Of a stretch of DNA of 64,000 nucleotides, positions 54,382 through 64,000 are shown piece after piece. Numbering within the stretch: position 1 is the stretch's first letter; each line of letters opens with the position of its first letter. Origin of the DNA: an uncultured bacterium (GTDB lineage Bacteria > Omnitrophota > Omnitrophia > Omnitrophales > Abzuiibacteriaceae). A program made the translations under genes and the position numbers. The notes under the pieces are model-generated. The model was not told the DNA's origin and made no database searches. It saw only the letters and a program-made list of their open reading frames with translations. The stretch lies in the NCBI GenBank assembly GCA_964387845.1, contig CAYLXA010000006.1:64001-128000 (forward strand). The letters run 5' to 3'.

Positions 54382-55602
54382 ATGGCACAAGGCCTATTGA
54401 GTATTTTAGAAGCAATCGAGAAAGAAAAGGGAATTCAGCGCGAAGTCCTCTTGGAGGCAATCCGCTCGGCCCTTATTTCCGCATGCCGTAAAACCTTCGC
54501 CAATCCGGAAGGTGTGGATGTCCAGATTGATGTGAATACGGGCGCTATCCACGTACTGGAAAACGGGAAGGAAGTTTTTAACGCCGATTTCGGCCGTATT
54601 GCCGCACAGACCGCTAAGCAAGTCATCATGCAGAAAATCCGTGAAGCGGAGCGCGAAACTATCTTAGGCGAATTTACCAAAAAGGCCGGTGATATCGTAA
54701 CCGGGCACGTTCATCGCGTGGAGGCACGTGCGATCCTGGTAGATCTCGGAAAAGCGGAAGGGATTTTGCCGGCTCGCGAGCAATCCGCCAACGACGATTA
54801 CCGCCAAGGCGATGTAATTCGTGCGTATGTTGTCGAGGTGAAAAAGACAACGCGCGGCCCCGAAATTATTCTGTCGCGCGCACATGAAAATTTGGTCAAG
54901 AAAATGTTTGAGATCGAAGTCCCCGAAATTCATGACGGCATTGTTGAAATCAAGGGCGTATCACGCGAAGCCGGTTCGCGTACTAAAATCGCCGTGATTT
55001 CGCACGATGAAAAAATCGATTCCGTCGGTTCCTGTGTCGGCATGCGCGGCCAGCGCGTTAAAAATATTGTTCGCGAAATCGGCGGCGAAAAAGTCGATAT
55101 CATCCGCTGGAATGAAGATCCCGATATTTTTATACGGAATGCTTTAGGCCTTCCTGAAAACTCTGAAGTGAAACTCAACAAGAAAGAACTTGCCGCCGAA
55201 ATTTTGGTAAGCGATGATCAGCTGTCGATTGTGATCGGCAAGAAAGGCCAGAACGTTCGCTTAGCGTCAAAATTAACCGGTTGGCGGCTTGAAATCCGTC
55301 CGATGAGCCAACGTGTTCCGATTGAGTCGCTTGACGGCGTGGGTAAAAAAACGGCGGAACTTTTGAAAGGCGCGGGTATTAACTCTATCAAGGACTTGCT
55401 GAAAACGAGCGCCGAAGAACTCGTGAAGATCGAAGGGATCGGCCAAAAGACGGCCGAAAAAGTCATTGCCGCGGCGCATCAAGCGATCTTTCAAGGTAAG
55501 CCCCAGGAAGCAGCAGCGCCAAGCGAGGCTGAGGCCAAAGAAACAGGAGCAGAAAGCCGGCAAGAAAACGAGGCTGAAAACCAGGAAAGTAAAGACAAAT
55601 GA
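54382..55602 (+). CDS. nusA: Transcription termination/antitermination factor NusA
   Basis: The N-terminus LLSILEAIEKEKGI and the S1 and two KH regions match NusA, as do the helix-hairpin-helix motif (KIEGIGQKTAEKV) and the acidic tail. The stop overlaps the infB start (ATGA at 55599-55602). The true start is the ATG at 54382; the ORF track extends to a TTG at 54319. Confidence 0.9.
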   Translation: MAQGLLSILEAIEKEKGIQREVLLEAIRSALISACRKTFANPEGVDVQIDVNTGAIHVLENGKEVFNADFGRIAAQTAKQVIMQKIREAERETILGEFTKKAGDIVTGHVHRVEARAILVDLGKAEGILPAREQSANDDYRQGDVIRAYVVEVKKTTRGPEIILSRAHENLVKKMFEIEVPEIHDGIVEIKGVSREAGSRTKIAVISHDEKIDSVGSCVGMRGQRVKNIVREIGGEKVDIIRWNEDPDIFIRNALGLPENSEVKLNKKELAAEILVSDDQLSIVIGKKGQNVRLASKLTGWRLEIRPMSQRVPIESLDGVGKKTAELLKGAGINSIKDLLKTSAEELVKIEGIGQKTAEKVIAAAHQAIFQGKPQEAAAPSEAEAKETGAESRQENEAENQESKDK

Positions 55603-57899
55603 AAGTTAACGAACTCGCCAAAGAGCTTGGCGTCTCAAGCAAAGAACTTCTCGAAGTCTTGAAGGAGAAGGATTCTAAACTTAAGAATCAGTTTACCGAG
55701 CTTGATAAAAATCAAATCGCTTACGCCAAGAAACATGTAAAACCTTCCGCAAAAACGAAGAAAGAAACGAAGGTCGCCGTAGCTCAAAAAGAAAAAATCA
55801 GTGCGGCGCTCAAAAAATTATCCGAAAAAGCCGCAAAAAAAGAAGCAAAAGAAAAGGAAGTCAAGGCCGCTGCCAAAGCAAAAACAGTGGAGGTTAAGAA
55901 GCCCGTTGCGCCAAAGCCCGTTGCGCCGAAAATTGAAAAGCCGGCTGTGCCCGCAAAGCCGGCTCCTGAAATTAAAAGAGCACCTGCGAAATCAGTGCCT
56001 TTGACAAGTTCGCCGGTAGCCGCAAAACCGTTTGTTGCACCAAAAGCCCATCCAGAAGTTAAAAAGCAAGAAAGGCCGGTTTTTGTACCTAAATCAGCGC
56101 CTGTTGTCCAAACACCTCCTTCTCCGCCACCGGTTCAGGAAAAGAAGCCGATTAAGCTTGATATTCCGATTACGGTTGGTAACTTGGCGAATGCGTTTAG
56201 CATGACGCCTGCCGAATTAATCAAAGCGCTCATCAGCATTGGTGTATTTGCGAATATTAACCAGCTTTTAAATGATGAGATTGTCTTTAAAGTTGCAGCG
56301 GAACTCGAAATCAAAGTCGAAAAAAATGAAGCCGTTTCCGAAAAAATTTACAGCGCGAAAAAAGAAGATCCTAAGAAATTAAAGTTCCGCGCTCCCGTGG
56401 TCACGATGATGGGCCATGTCGATCACGGAAAGACATCGCTCCTGGATGCGATTCGCAAAACACATGTGGCGGCAGGCGAGGCCGGCTACATCACACAACA
56501 CATCGGTGCTTACATGGTCGAGCTTCCGGGAAAAGGTTATGTCACATTTCTCGATACCCCTGGCCATGAGGCGTTTACTGCCATCCGTGCCCGCGGAGCA
56601 CACGTGACGGATATGGTTGTTCTTGTGGTGGCGGCCGATGACGGCATCATGCCGCAAACGCGCGAAGCGATTGATCACGCGCGCGCCGCTGAATGCCCAA
56701 TCATTGTCGCAATTAATAAATCCGATTTGCCGGCTGCCAATCCGCAACGCGTGATGACACAGCTGCAAAAAATCGAACTCGTTCCCGAGGAATGGGGCGG
56801 TAAGACAATTTGCGTGAAGGTTTCTGCAAAAACCGGTGATGGAATTGATGAACTGCTCGAGATGCTGCTTTTACAGGCGGAAGTTATGGAACTCAGAGCC
56901 AATCCTGATTGCGAAGCGCAGGGGACGGTTCTTGAGGCCAAGCTAACAAAAGGCCAGGGAGCGGTTTCGACCATTCTTGTTCAGCGCGGCACGCTGCATG
57001 TGGGTGACGTGGTTGTGGCGGGCCCTTATTTCGGCCGCGTGCGTGCGATGAAAAACGATCGCGGTAAAAATGTGAAAGAAGCTCGGCCCTCCCATGCCGT
57101 TGAAGTGCTCGGCCTTTCCGGTGTTCCGGATGCCGGAGAGCTTTTCGCGGTGGTGGGTGATGAAAAAATGGCGCGTACGATTGCAGAAAAGCGCGAGCTT
57201 GAACTCCGCGAAAGAAGTATGCAGGGCATTCATTCGAAACACATGTCTCTGCAAGAGCTTTACAGCAAGATTAAAGAAGGCCAGAAGGAGCTCCGGCTCA
57301 TCATTAAGGCCGATACCCAAGGTTCTATCGAAGCGCTTTCGCAGATGCTTGAAAAATCGTTTTCAGATAAAATCAGTGTTCGCATTATTCATACCGGGGT
57401 CGGCGGTCTTAACGAATCAGACGTCATGCTCGCAGTCGCAAGCGATGCCATTCTGATCGGTTTTCATGTGAAATCCGAAACGCGCGCACAGGAGATCATC
57501 GAAAAAGAAGGGATTGATGCCCGCTTTTACAGCATTATTTATGAAGTCGTGCAGGATGTCCAAAAAGCGCTCGAAGGGTTGCTGGAGCCGACCCTGAAGG
57601 AAGTGGTCGAAGGAAGGTTTGAAATTCGTAAGATTTTTAAATCATCGAAAGTCGGCACAATCGGCGGCGGTACGGTGATTAAAGGCAAAATCAGCCGCAA
57701 CAATCCCGTTCGCGTGATCCGCGATAATATTGTCGTATTTGAAGGAAAGCTGGCGTCATTAAAACGGTTTCAGGATGATGCGCGCGAAGTTCAGGAAGGC
57801 TTTGAATGCGGTGTTGCCGTACAGGGTTTTGACGGGATTCAGGAAAAAGACATTGTGGAGTCCTACCGCGTTGATAAAATCGCGACGAAACTCGTTTAA
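55599..57899 (+). CDS. infB: Translation initiation factor IF-2
   Basis: The IF2_N start is [27 protein letters not shown]-rich linker follows. The GTPase motifs [20 protein letters not shown] and NKSD are present, as is the C-terminal beta-barrel. Confidence 0.95.
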   Translation: MKVNELAKELGVSSKELLEVLKEKDSKLKNQFTELDKNQIAYAKKHVKPSAKTKKETKVAVAQKEKISAALKKLSEKAAKKEAKEKEVKAAAKAKTVEVKKPVAPKPVAPKIEKPAVPAKPAPEIKRAPAKSVPLTSSPVAAKPFVAPKAHPEVKKQERPVFVPKSAPVVQTPPSPPPVQEKKPIKLDIPITVGNLANAFSMTPAELIKALISIGVFANINQLLNDEIVFKVAAELEIKVEKNEAVSEKIYSAKKEDPKKLKFRAPVVTMMGHVDHGKTSLLDAIRKTHVAAGEAGYITQHIGAYMVELPGKGYVTFLDTPGHEAFTAIRARGAHVTDMVVLVVAADDGIMPQTREAIDHARAAECPIIVAINKSDLPAANPQRVMTQLQKIELVPEEWGGKTICVKVSAKTGDGIDELLEMLLLQAEVMELRANPDCEAQGTVLEAKLTKGQGAVSTILVQRGTLHVGDVVVAGPYFGRVRAMKNDRGKNVKEARPSHAVEVLGLSGVPDAGELFAVVGDEKMARTIAEKRELELRERSMQGIHSKHMSLQELYSKIKEGQKELRLIIKADTQGSIEALSQMLEKSFSDKISVRIIHTGVGGLNESDVMLAVASDAILIGFHVKSETRAQEIIEKEGIDARFYSIIYEVVQDVQKALEGLLEPTLKEVVEGRFEIRKIFKSSKVGTIGGGTVIKGKISRNNPVRVIRDNIVVFEGKLASLKRFQDDAREVQEGFECGVAVQGFDGIQEKDIVESYRVDKIATKLV

Positions 57900-57904
57900 A
57901 TCAA

Positions 57905-58186
57905 ATGATTTTGGGAACGCTCCAGCTTGAACTTTATTTCCCGGATCCTCAATCTTTGAAAGAAAAACGCCACATTTTAAAAAGCGTTCTCACACGGCTG
58001 AAGCAGCGGTTCAATGTTTCAGTGGCCGAGCTGGATAATATGGGCAAATGGCAGTCATCGATTATCGGTGTTGCCTATATCGGAAGTAACCGGAACGATG
58101 TGGACCGCGGTTTGAATTCGGTGCTCGAGTTTTTTGACGCAGAAGATAAGCTCGAAGTGGTCAGGCAAATGAAGGAGTTATTGTAA
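57905..58186 (+). CDS. ylxP: DUF503 family protein (YlxP-like)
   Basis: The 93-aa product MILGTLQLELYFPDPQSLKEKRHILKSVLTRLKQRFNVSVAELD has the characteristic L-x-L-x-xP...SLKEKR motif. It sits between infB and rbfA. Its stop overlaps the rbfA start (TAATG). Confidence 0.7.
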   Translation: MILGTLQLELYFPDPQSLKEKRHILKSVLTRLKQRFNVSVAELDNMGKWQSSIIGVAYIGSNRNDVDRGLNSVLEFFDAEDKLEVVRQMKELL

Positions 58187-58554
58187 TGCAGGGAAAAAGA
58201 GCAGATAAAGTCGCAGAACTTGTGAGAATGGAGCTGAGCTCAACGGTTTTGACACGCCTCAAGGATCCGCGTGTCGGATTTATCACGATTACGCGTGTCG
58301 AGATGAGTAATGACCTGCAAATCGCAAAAGTTTTTTACAGTGTTTTAGGAGACCGCGAGAAAAAGCGTGCCACCGGCGAAGCGCTCGAGCATGCGCGCGG
58401 ATTTTTACAGCGCGACGTGGGTGATGTTTTGAAGCTCCGCTACACGCCGCATTTACAGTTTCATCTCGATGAATCCGCCGACAATTCCGAAGAAGTTGAA
58501 AATATCATTAAAAAAATACATACGAATACTGGAAAAAATCCGGGTCAATTATGA
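58186..58554 (+). CDS. rbfA: Ribosome-binding factor A
   Basis: The product matches RbfA (RADKVAELVRMELSSTVLTRLKDPRVGFITITRVEMSNDLQIAKVFYSV). The RBS GAAGGAG lies 9 nt upstream. Confidence 0.85.
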   Translation: MQGKRADKVAELVRMELSSTVLTRLKDPRVGFITITRVEMSNDLQIAKVFYSVLGDREKKRATGEALEHARGFLQRDVGDVLKLRYTPHLQFHLDESADNSEEVENIIKKIHTNTGKNPGQL

Positions 58555-59555
58555 CAACGATCAAAACAAAGCAAAATAAGGTCGATCACCAGATTGCCGA
58601 ATTCTGCAAAGGGCTTGAGTCTAAAAGCCACTTTATATTAGCGTCGCATGTGAACCCGGAAGGCGATGCGGTGGCGTGTCTTTTGGCGATGGAATCGCTT
58701 TTGAAACGCCTGGGGAAAAAGACCATTATCGTTTGCGAAGACCCGTTTCCTGCGAGACTCCGGTGCCTGGACTCCAAACATTGGAATCAAGTGAAAGACG
58801 TGAAGCTTGATCCGAATCAGTACGATGCGCTGGTAGTGGCCGATTGCCCGACGCTGGAGCGCGTCGGAACAACACGTCGATTCGTCAACGAAAAAACAAC
58901 GATTTTCAATATTGATCACCACGTCACGAATTTACGGTTTGGGACTTATAATTTTGTGCAGCCCAAAGCCTCTGCATGCGGCGAAGTTGTGTATGAGTTC
59001 TTTAAATACTTTAAACTTCCGCTGACCAAAGAAGAAGCGGCCGCGCTCTACGTTTCGATTTCGACGGACACCGGTTCATTCAAATACAGCAACACCACCG
59101 TCGGTTCTCATTTAATTGCGGCGGAGCTAATTAAAACCGGCATTGATATCGAAGCGATCAACGAAGATCTTTATGCGACCTATTCGCTCAATCAAATGAA
59201 GCTTTACAGCCTCTTGATGGGACGTGTCCGCAACGAATTTAACGGTCAAGTGGCTTGGGTGGGAATGCGCCGTCACGATCTTCACAGTTCCGGCGCGACG
59301 TATGAAGATGCCGAAGGTTTTATCGATTTTTTGAAGTACATGCAGGAAGTGCAATTTGCGTTTTTTCTTCTTGAAACCGAAACGCCGAATCAAATCCGCG
59401 TTTGCCTGCGCGCCAAAGGCCATCATGATGTCAGTAAAATCGCGATCCATTTTGGCGGCGGCGGACACTCCAAAGCGGCTGGCTGTATTATTGAAGGTAC
59501 GCTCCAGAAAGCGGCGGATTTGCTGCTCGCTGAAATCCGGAAAGAATTGAAATAA
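58551..59555 (+). CDS. nrnA: DHH/DHHA1 family phosphoesterase, NrnA-like bifunctional oligoribonuclease / pAp phosphatase
   Basis: The DHH motifs are ILASHVNPEGDAVAC, VVADCP and NIDHH. The DHHA1 C-terminus is GGGHSKAAG. The start overlaps the rbfA stop (ATGA). Confidence 0.75.
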   Translation: MTTIKTKQNKVDHQIAEFCKGLESKSHFILASHVNPEGDAVACLLAMESLLKRLGKKTIIVCEDPFPARLRCLDSKHWNQVKDVKLDPNQYDALVVADCPTLERVGTTRRFVNEKTTIFNIDHHVTNLRFGTYNFVQPKASACGEVVYEFFKYFKLPLTKEEAAALYVSISTDTGSFKYSNTTVGSHLIAAELIKTGIDIEAINEDLYATYSLNQMKLYSLLMGRVRNEFNGQVAWVGMRRHDLHSSGATYEDAEGFIDFLKYMQEVQFAFFLLETETPNQIRVCLRAKGHHDVSKIAIHFGGGGHSKAAGCIIEGTLQKAADLLLAEIRKELK

Positions 59556-59562
59556 GCCATCC

Positions 59563-60261
59563 ATGAACGGAATCCTCATCGTTGATAAAGAAAAAGGCTG
59601 GACATCGCACGACGTGTGCGCTTTTATCCGAAGCCGTTTTAAGATCAGTAAAGTCGGGCATGCCGGCACGCTGGATCCTTTGGCAACGGGCTTGCTGGTT
59701 GTTTTGCTGGGGCGCGCGACAAAATTATCCCAGTCGTTATCGGCTTGCGACAAAGAATATAACGGTACGATGCGGCTTGGCATAAAAACCGATTCACATG
59801 ATTTGGAAGGAAAAATATTGGAAGAAAGATCTTGGCAGGATGTGACGCCCGAAAAGCTGGAAACCGTTTTGGCCGGTTTCCGAGGCGATATTGAACAAAT
59901 GCCGCCGATGGTTTCAGCGCTCAAACACAAAGGCGTTCGTCTTTATAAATTGGCGCGGCAGGGCAAAACGGTTGAACGGGAAAGCCGAAAGATCACAGTG
60001 CATCAGCTTGAAGCGACAAAAATTCAATTCCCCGATGTGGATTTTACCGCCCGGGTTTCAAAAGGCACCTATTTACGGACGCTTGTTAATGATATCGGAG
60101 AAAAATTAGGATGCTTTGCTTCGCTGGCATCATTGCGCAGGACCCGCTGCGGCGATTTTAGTATTGAAGATGCGATTACAATCGCGCAGTTGAAAGAATT
60201 GAAAGCCGATTCGCTGGGGCGCTGGGTGCGCATGGCAACGCTGGCTTATTCCAGCGCATAG
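59563..60261 (+). CDS. truB: tRNA pseudouridine(55) synthase
   Basis: The product reads GILIVDKEKGWTSHDVCAFIRSRFKISKVGHAGTLDPLATGLLVVLLGRATKL with a catalytic Asp in the GTLDP motif. Confidence 0.9.
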   Translation: MNGILIVDKEKGWTSHDVCAFIRSRFKISKVGHAGTLDPLATGLLVVLLGRATKLSQSLSACDKEYNGTMRLGIKTDSHDLEGKILEERSWQDVTPEKLETVLAGFRGDIEQMPPMVSALKHKGVRLYKLARQGKTVERESRKITVHQLEATKIQFPDVDFTARVSKGTYLRTLVNDIGEKLGCFASLASLRRTRCGDFSIEDAITIAQLKELKADSLGRWVRMATLAYSSA

Positions 60262-60266
60262 TTTTT

Positions 60267-61289
60267 ATGATTCATGTTGTGACCGACTTGAAGCGGTTCC
60301 GAAAGAAGGAACACGCGGCGCTGGTCGTGGCGCTGGGTAATTTTGACGGCGTACATACGGGTCATCAGGCAATTCTGAAGCAAATCCGCGACCATGCGCG
60401 TCAGATCAATGGCAATGCCGCGGTTTTGACTTTTGAGCAGCATCCGCAGCACGTTTTGCACAAAAAAGGCGACCCGCTGCTTTTGACGTCGTTTCATCAA
60501 AAGCTGGCGCTTTTGGAACAAAACGGGATTTCGCTTTGCATCCTTGAGAAGTTTACGATTGATTTCTCGAAACAATCGCCCGAGCAGTTTGTTAAAGAAG
60601 TGTTGATCGGGCATTTGGGTGCAAAAGCTGTTTGCATGGGCTTTAATGCCAAATTCGGCCGCGACCGGACGGGCGATGTGCAGAGCATGCACGATCTGGC
60701 CGAGAAGTATCACTTTCGTTTTTTGGAAATCAAGCCGGTTGAGTCGGGGCATGTGTCGGTCAGCAGTACCGAAGTCCGCGCCAGCATTACAAAAGGCAAT
60801 TTGGAATCCGCCGCTCAATTTTTAGGCAGGCCTTTTTCGGTTTATGGAACGGTGGAGCGTGGCTCAGGGCGCGGTGTGGCGTTAGGTTTTCCAACCGCCA
60901 ACCTAAAATTGTCGAGCGAAGTGCTCCCGCCTTGCGGCGTCTATGCGGTATGTGCCGATTTGATCGAAGAAAAGATCAAAACCACGGACGATGGTTTTTC
61001 TTTTGAGAAAACCACGGCTCAAAAAGGCATGCAAGGGGTTCTGAATTATGGCTTGCGGCCCACCTTTGAGGCGGGTCAAAACCCCCGGATGGAAGTGCAT
61101 TTATTAGGTGAAAATCGGGATTTTTTGAGTAAAACGCTCGAAATCTCGTTTATTCGTAAGCTACGGGATGAAAAGAAGTTCGCAAATCCCGGAGAATTGG
61201 CATCTCAAATTAAGGAAGATATTAAAGACGCAAAATCGGCATTTTCTGGTAAAATGTCCGGTCTTGGCATTATTCAAAAAGGTAATTAG
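60267..61289 (+). CDS. ribF: Bifunctional riboflavin kinase / FMN adenylyltransferase
   Basis: The N-terminal nucleotidyltransferase motif is ALGNFDGVHTGHQ and the C-terminal riboflavin-kinase motif is GRGVALGFPTANL.... Confidence 0.9.
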   Translation: MIHVVTDLKRFRKKEHAALVVALGNFDGVHTGHQAILKQIRDHARQINGNAAVLTFEQHPQHVLHKKGDPLLLTSFHQKLALLEQNGISLCILEKFTIDFSKQSPEQFVKEVLIGHLGAKAVCMGFNAKFGRDRTGDVQSMHDLAEKYHFRFLEIKPVESGHVSVSSTEVRASITKGNLESAAQFLGRPFSVYGTVERGSGRGVALGFPTANLKLSSEVLPPCGVYAVCADLIEEKIKTTDDGFSFEKTTAQKGMQGVLNYGLRPTFEAGQNPRMEVHLLGENRDFLSKTLEISFIRKLRDEKKFANPGELASQIKEDIKDAKSAFSGKMSGLGIIQKGN

Positions 61290-61302
61290 GAGGAGTTTAA
61301 GA

Positions 61303-61572
61303 ATGAGTATTACGAAAGAAAAGAAAACTGAAATTGTGAAGTCATTTCAGAAAGCGAAGAACGATACCGGCTCTTGTGAAGTCCAGGTCGCTGTTTTGAC
61401 CGAAAGGATCAATAAGCTGACGGATCATCTGAAAACCAATTCAAAAGACAAGCATTCCAAACTGGGTCTTTTGAGGATGGTTGAACGCAGAAAGAAGCTT
61501 CTGGCTTATTTGTCGAAAACCGATGAAAAGACTTACAAGTCGCTGATCGGCAAGCTGGATATCCGGAAGTAA
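61303..61572 (+). CDS. rpsO: 30S ribosomal protein S15
   Basis: The 89-aa product MSITKEKKTEIVKSFQ...DTGSCEVQVAVLTERINKLTDHLKTNSKDKHSKLGLLRMVERRKKLLAYL matches S15. The RBS AGGAGG is at 61288-61293. The ORF track entry 61168-61572 is an upstream in-frame extension. Confidence 0.9.
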   Translation: MSITKEKKTEIVKSFQKAKNDTGSCEVQVAVLTERINKLTDHLKTNSKDKHSKLGLLRMVERRKKLLAYLSKTDEKTYKSLIGKLDIRK

Positions 61573-61638
61573 GCGGGTATTGAAGAATTGAAGAGAAGAA
61601 AAATAAAATTCAGAGGGAAGTAGAGGGGATAAAAGAGA

Positions 61639-63762
61639 ATGGCTACAAAAGTTAGCGCGAAAGTTGGTAATGAAGAAGTTAGTATCGAAACAGGCAAGTT
61701 GGCAAAACAAGCGGACGGTTCGGTTTTAATCCAGGCGGGCGGCACGGTTGTGCTGGTCAGCGCAGTTGCGGAAAAGGAAGTTGATGAAGGGCAGGATTTC
61801 TTCCCGCTTACAGTGGATTATCGAGAGAAAACTTACGCGGCCGGCAAAATTCCCGGAGGATTTTTTAAACGCGAAGGCCGTCCGACCGAGAAAGAGATTT
61901 TAACGAGCCGCTTGATGGATCGCCCGATCCGTCCTCTTTTCCCCTCAAATTATTTAAACGAAGTTCAAGTGATTGCTATGGTTCTTTCCGTGGACGGTGA
62001 AAACAACCCCGATACCCTCGCGATGGTCGGTGCCTCAGCCGCTCTCATGGTTTCCGGAATTCCGTTCGAAACGCCGGTCGGCAGTGTCCGGGTCGGTATG
62101 ATCGGAGAAGAATTTGTGATTAATCCGACTTACGCGCAAATGGAAGAAAGCCGATTGGATCTGGTTTTGGCTGCAACCGAGAAAAACGTAACGATGATTG
62201 AAGCCGGTGCCCATGAGCTTTCGGAAGAAACCATTCTGAAAGCCATTCAATTCGGCCATTCAAAAGCTCAGGAATTAATCCGCATCCAGAAAGAGCTGGC
62301 AGCCAAGTGCGGAAAGTCTAAACCCAAAGTTGCCGAGCGAGTAATTCCCGCGAACGTGGCAAAGCAAGTCAAAGACAAAGTCGGCAATGAATTTTCCAAA
62401 ATTTTTAAACTTCCGACAAAGGAAGAGCGCGCAGATGCCCGCACCGAACTTTATAAGGCAGTGTTGGCAAGTTTTAATGCAGAGGCTCCGGATTTCAAAG
62501 AGGGTGATGTGAAGTATGCTTTTGATGTTCTGGAAGAACAATTCGTCCGCATTGCGATAGCCGATAAGCATCAGCGCCCGGACGGCCGCCAGTTAACGGA
62601 ATTTCGTAAAATTACGTGCGAAACCGGCATATTGCCCAGAACGCACGGCTCTTCGCTTTTTACGCGCGGCGAAACTCAAAGTCTTTCAACCGCTACCTTG
62701 GGCAGCGGCCAAGATGAGCAGAGAATCGATGCGTTGGAAGGCGAAATGTTCAAGCAGTTCATGCTCCATTACAATTTCCCGCCGTTTAGCGTGGGCGAAA
62801 CAGGGCGCAACAGCGGCCCGGGCCGCAGAGAAATCGGCCATGGCGCGTTGGCTGAGCGGGCATTAAGAGCTGTTATTCCTTCACAGGAAGAATTTCCGTA
62901 TGTGATTCGTGTGGTGTCGGAAATTTTGGAATCAAACGGTTCCAGCTCCATGGCCTCGGTCTGCGCCGGAACTTTGGCGCTGATGGATGCCGGCGTTCCG
63001 ATTAAAGCGCCCGTGAGCGGTATTGCGATGGGCCTTGTGACGGAAGGCGATAAATGGTGCGTTTTGACCGATATCGCAGGCGTCGAAGACCATTTGGGTG
63101 ATATGGATTTCAAAGTCGCCGGAACCAAGCAGGGCATCACGGCGCTTCAAATGGATATTAAGATTTCAGGAATTTCGGAAGCGATCTTGAAAAAAGCACT
63201 CGAAGACAGCAAGGTCGCACGCCTCAAAATTTTGGATATTATGTTGCAGTCAATTCCGTCTGCGCGTAAAGATTTGTCCGAATTTGCACCGCGGATTACG
63301 ACGGTACGCGTAAATCCGGAGAAAATCGGCGAATTGATCGGCCCCGGCGGTAAGAATATTAAGAAAATTATCGCAGAATCCGGTGCCAAGGTTGATATCG
63401 AAGATGATGGCCGTGTCAATGTGTCCTCAAATGACGCAAAGGCAGTTGAAATGGCCTTGAAAATGATTTCAGCGATTGCTGAAGAGCCCGAGCTTGGGAA
63501 AATCTATCAAGCCAAAGTTCGGAAGATCGCTGCGTTCGGTGCATTTTGTGAAATTTTGCCCGGCACGGATGGTCTGCTGCACGTTTCTGAAATTGCCGAA
63601 GGATTTGTGAAGAAAGTGGATGATTATTTGAAAATGGGCGATATTGTTCCCGTCAAAGTCATCAACATTGACGAAAACGGCAAAATCAGCCTGAGCCGCG
63701 TAAAGGCACTGAAAGAATTGGGCATCACGGATACCAAAACAGCAGCGAGTCCCAAATCTTAA
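61639..63762 (+). CDS. pnp: Polyribonucleotide nucleotidyltransferase (PNPase)
   Basis: Two RNase PH domains are present, followed by KH and S1 domains ([10 protein letters not shown] and [28 protein letters not shown]), and the length is 707 aa. Confidence 0.95.
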   Translation: MATKVSAKVGNEEVSIETGKLAKQADGSVLIQAGGTVVLVSAVAEKEVDEGQDFFPLTVDYREKTYAAGKIPGGFFKREGRPTEKEILTSRLMDRPIRPLFPSNYLNEVQVIAMVLSVDGENNPDTLAMVGASAALMVSGIPFETPVGSVRVGMIGEEFVINPTYAQMEESRLDLVLAATEKNVTMIEAGAHELSEETILKAIQFGHSKAQELIRIQKELAAKCGKSKPKVAERVIPANVAKQVKDKVGNEFSKIFKLPTKEERADARTELYKAVLASFNAEAPDFKEGDVKYAFDVLEEQFVRIAIADKHQRPDGRQLTEFRKITCETGILPRTHGSSLFTRGETQSLSTATLGSGQDEQRIDALEGEMFKQFMLHYNFPPFSVGETGRNSGPGRREIGHGALAERALRAVIPSQEEFPYVIRVVSEILESNGSSSMASVCAGTLALMDAGVPIKAPVSGIAMGLVTEGDKWCVLTDIAGVEDHLGDMDFKVAGTKQGITALQMDIKISGISEAILKKALEDSKVARLKILDIMLQSIPSARKDLSEFAPRITTVRVNPEKIGELIGPGGKNIKKIIAESGAKVDIEDDGRVNVSSNDAKAVEMALKMISAIAEEPELGKIYQAKVRKIAAFGAFCEILPGTDGLLHVSEIAEGFVKKVDDYLKMGDIVPVKVINIDENGKISLSRVKALKELGITDTKTAASPKS

Positions 63763-63784
63763 ACCAAAAGCGCTGAGGCAAAGC

Positions 63785-64000
63785 ATGGCGCGCCAAAAAC
63801 TCGAACTTCTCATCAAGCGCCTTCCGCATCATGAAGGCCTTGAGATGCCTGCCTATATGAGCGAGCATGCAAGCGGGATGGACTTAGTGGCTGCCGTGAC
63901 TGAGCCCGTGACACTTTTGCCAGGCAAGCGCGCCCTCATTCCAACCGGTATTTCGATCGCAATTCCCGAAGGTTTCGAAGTGCAGGTACGCCCGCGGAGC
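63785..64000 (+). CDS. dut: dUTP diphosphatase (partial; the 3' end lies beyond the window)
   Basis: The product [63 protein letters not shown] has the Dut motifs SGMDL and LIPTG(I/L)AI. Confidence 0.8.
   Translation, partial: MARQKLELLIKRLPHHEGLEMPAYMSEHASGMDLVAAVTEPVTLLPGKRALIPTGISIAIPEGFEVQVRPRS

Noticed and set aside
55840-56160. Repetitive [11 protein letters not shown] / A-K-P-rich stretch that looks like a tandem repeat element
   Set aside because: This is the normal low-complexity linker between the N-terminal and G domains of IF-2. It is part of infB, not a separate repeat or mobile feature.
59127-59930. 267-aa minus-strand ORF spanning the nrnA/truB junction, and the 190-aa minus-strand ORF at 60246-60818 inside ribF
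   Set aside because: Both are antisense to well-conserved housekeeping genes (nrnA, truB, ribF) that are translationally coupled on the + strand. They show no family resemblance.
1-64000. Search for CRISPR arrays, tRNA/rRNA genes, transposases, integrases and phage genes
   Set aside because: No spaced direct-repeat arrays are present. No intergenic stretch is long enough or has tRNA-like arms (no GTTCGAATC T-loop motifs). No ORF shows DDE, tyrosine- or serine-recombinase signatures. The window appears to be a chromosomal core/accessory mix without obvious mobile DNA.

Overview
This window comes from a diderm (Gram-negative-type) bacterium and is almost entirely coding (GC roughly 48-50% by eye). 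I found no tRNA or rRNA genes, no CRISPR array and no transposase or integrase. The dominant feature is a single uninterrupted 28,116-nt ORF (25491-53606, + strand) encoding a 9,371-aa protein. That protein has an N-terminal signal/anchor sequence, long coiled-coil tracts, a proline/glutamate/valine/lysine-rich linker, a glutamine/glycine/methionine-rich low-complexity segment, a set of four degenerate tandem W-x-G-x-A-E-E-G modules, two membrane-embedded regions and a large C-terminal soluble part. I could recognise no enzymatic domain by eye. I consider it the most likely previously undescribed element here, possibly a giant envelope-spanning scaffold or surface protein, loosely reminiscent of the giant genes reported for Candidatus Omnitrophota, although lineage cannot be assigned from this window.

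From left to right the window contains:
- 107-1552: an outer-membrane transporter of the FadL/TodX family.
- 1556-2359 (- strand): a response regulator made of two tandem receiver domains.
- 2576-4150: an unusual fusion of an SRPBCC lipid-binding domain to an acyl-ACP reductase (AAR)-like reductase.
- 4152-9811: two paralogous multi-transmembrane sensor histidine kinases followed by two receiver-only proteins.
- 9886-12791: a carbamoyltransferase, an SxtJ-like protein, a DUF5989/SxtK-like micro-protein and a hexapeptide-repeat acyltransferase in a tight cassette.
- 12796-13224: a stand-alone receiver protein.
- 13254-15341: two paralogous XRE-cupin regulators flanking a small translationally coupled operon, with a 19-bp operator-like palindrome between them.
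- 15483-25199: an efflux operon (TolC-like outer-membrane factor, membrane-fusion adaptor, two RND permeases) with a near-consensus promoter upstream.
- 25491-53606: the giant gene, preceded by its own near-consensus sigma70-type promoter.
- 53651-54241: a small two-TM protein with a HAMP-like segment.
- 54278-64000: a canonical nusA-infB-ylxP(DUF503)-rbfA-nrnA-truB-ribF-rpsO-pnp-dut cluster, with a consensus promoter and a leader hairpin/T-tract (probable NusA-autoregulated attenuator) in front of nusA.
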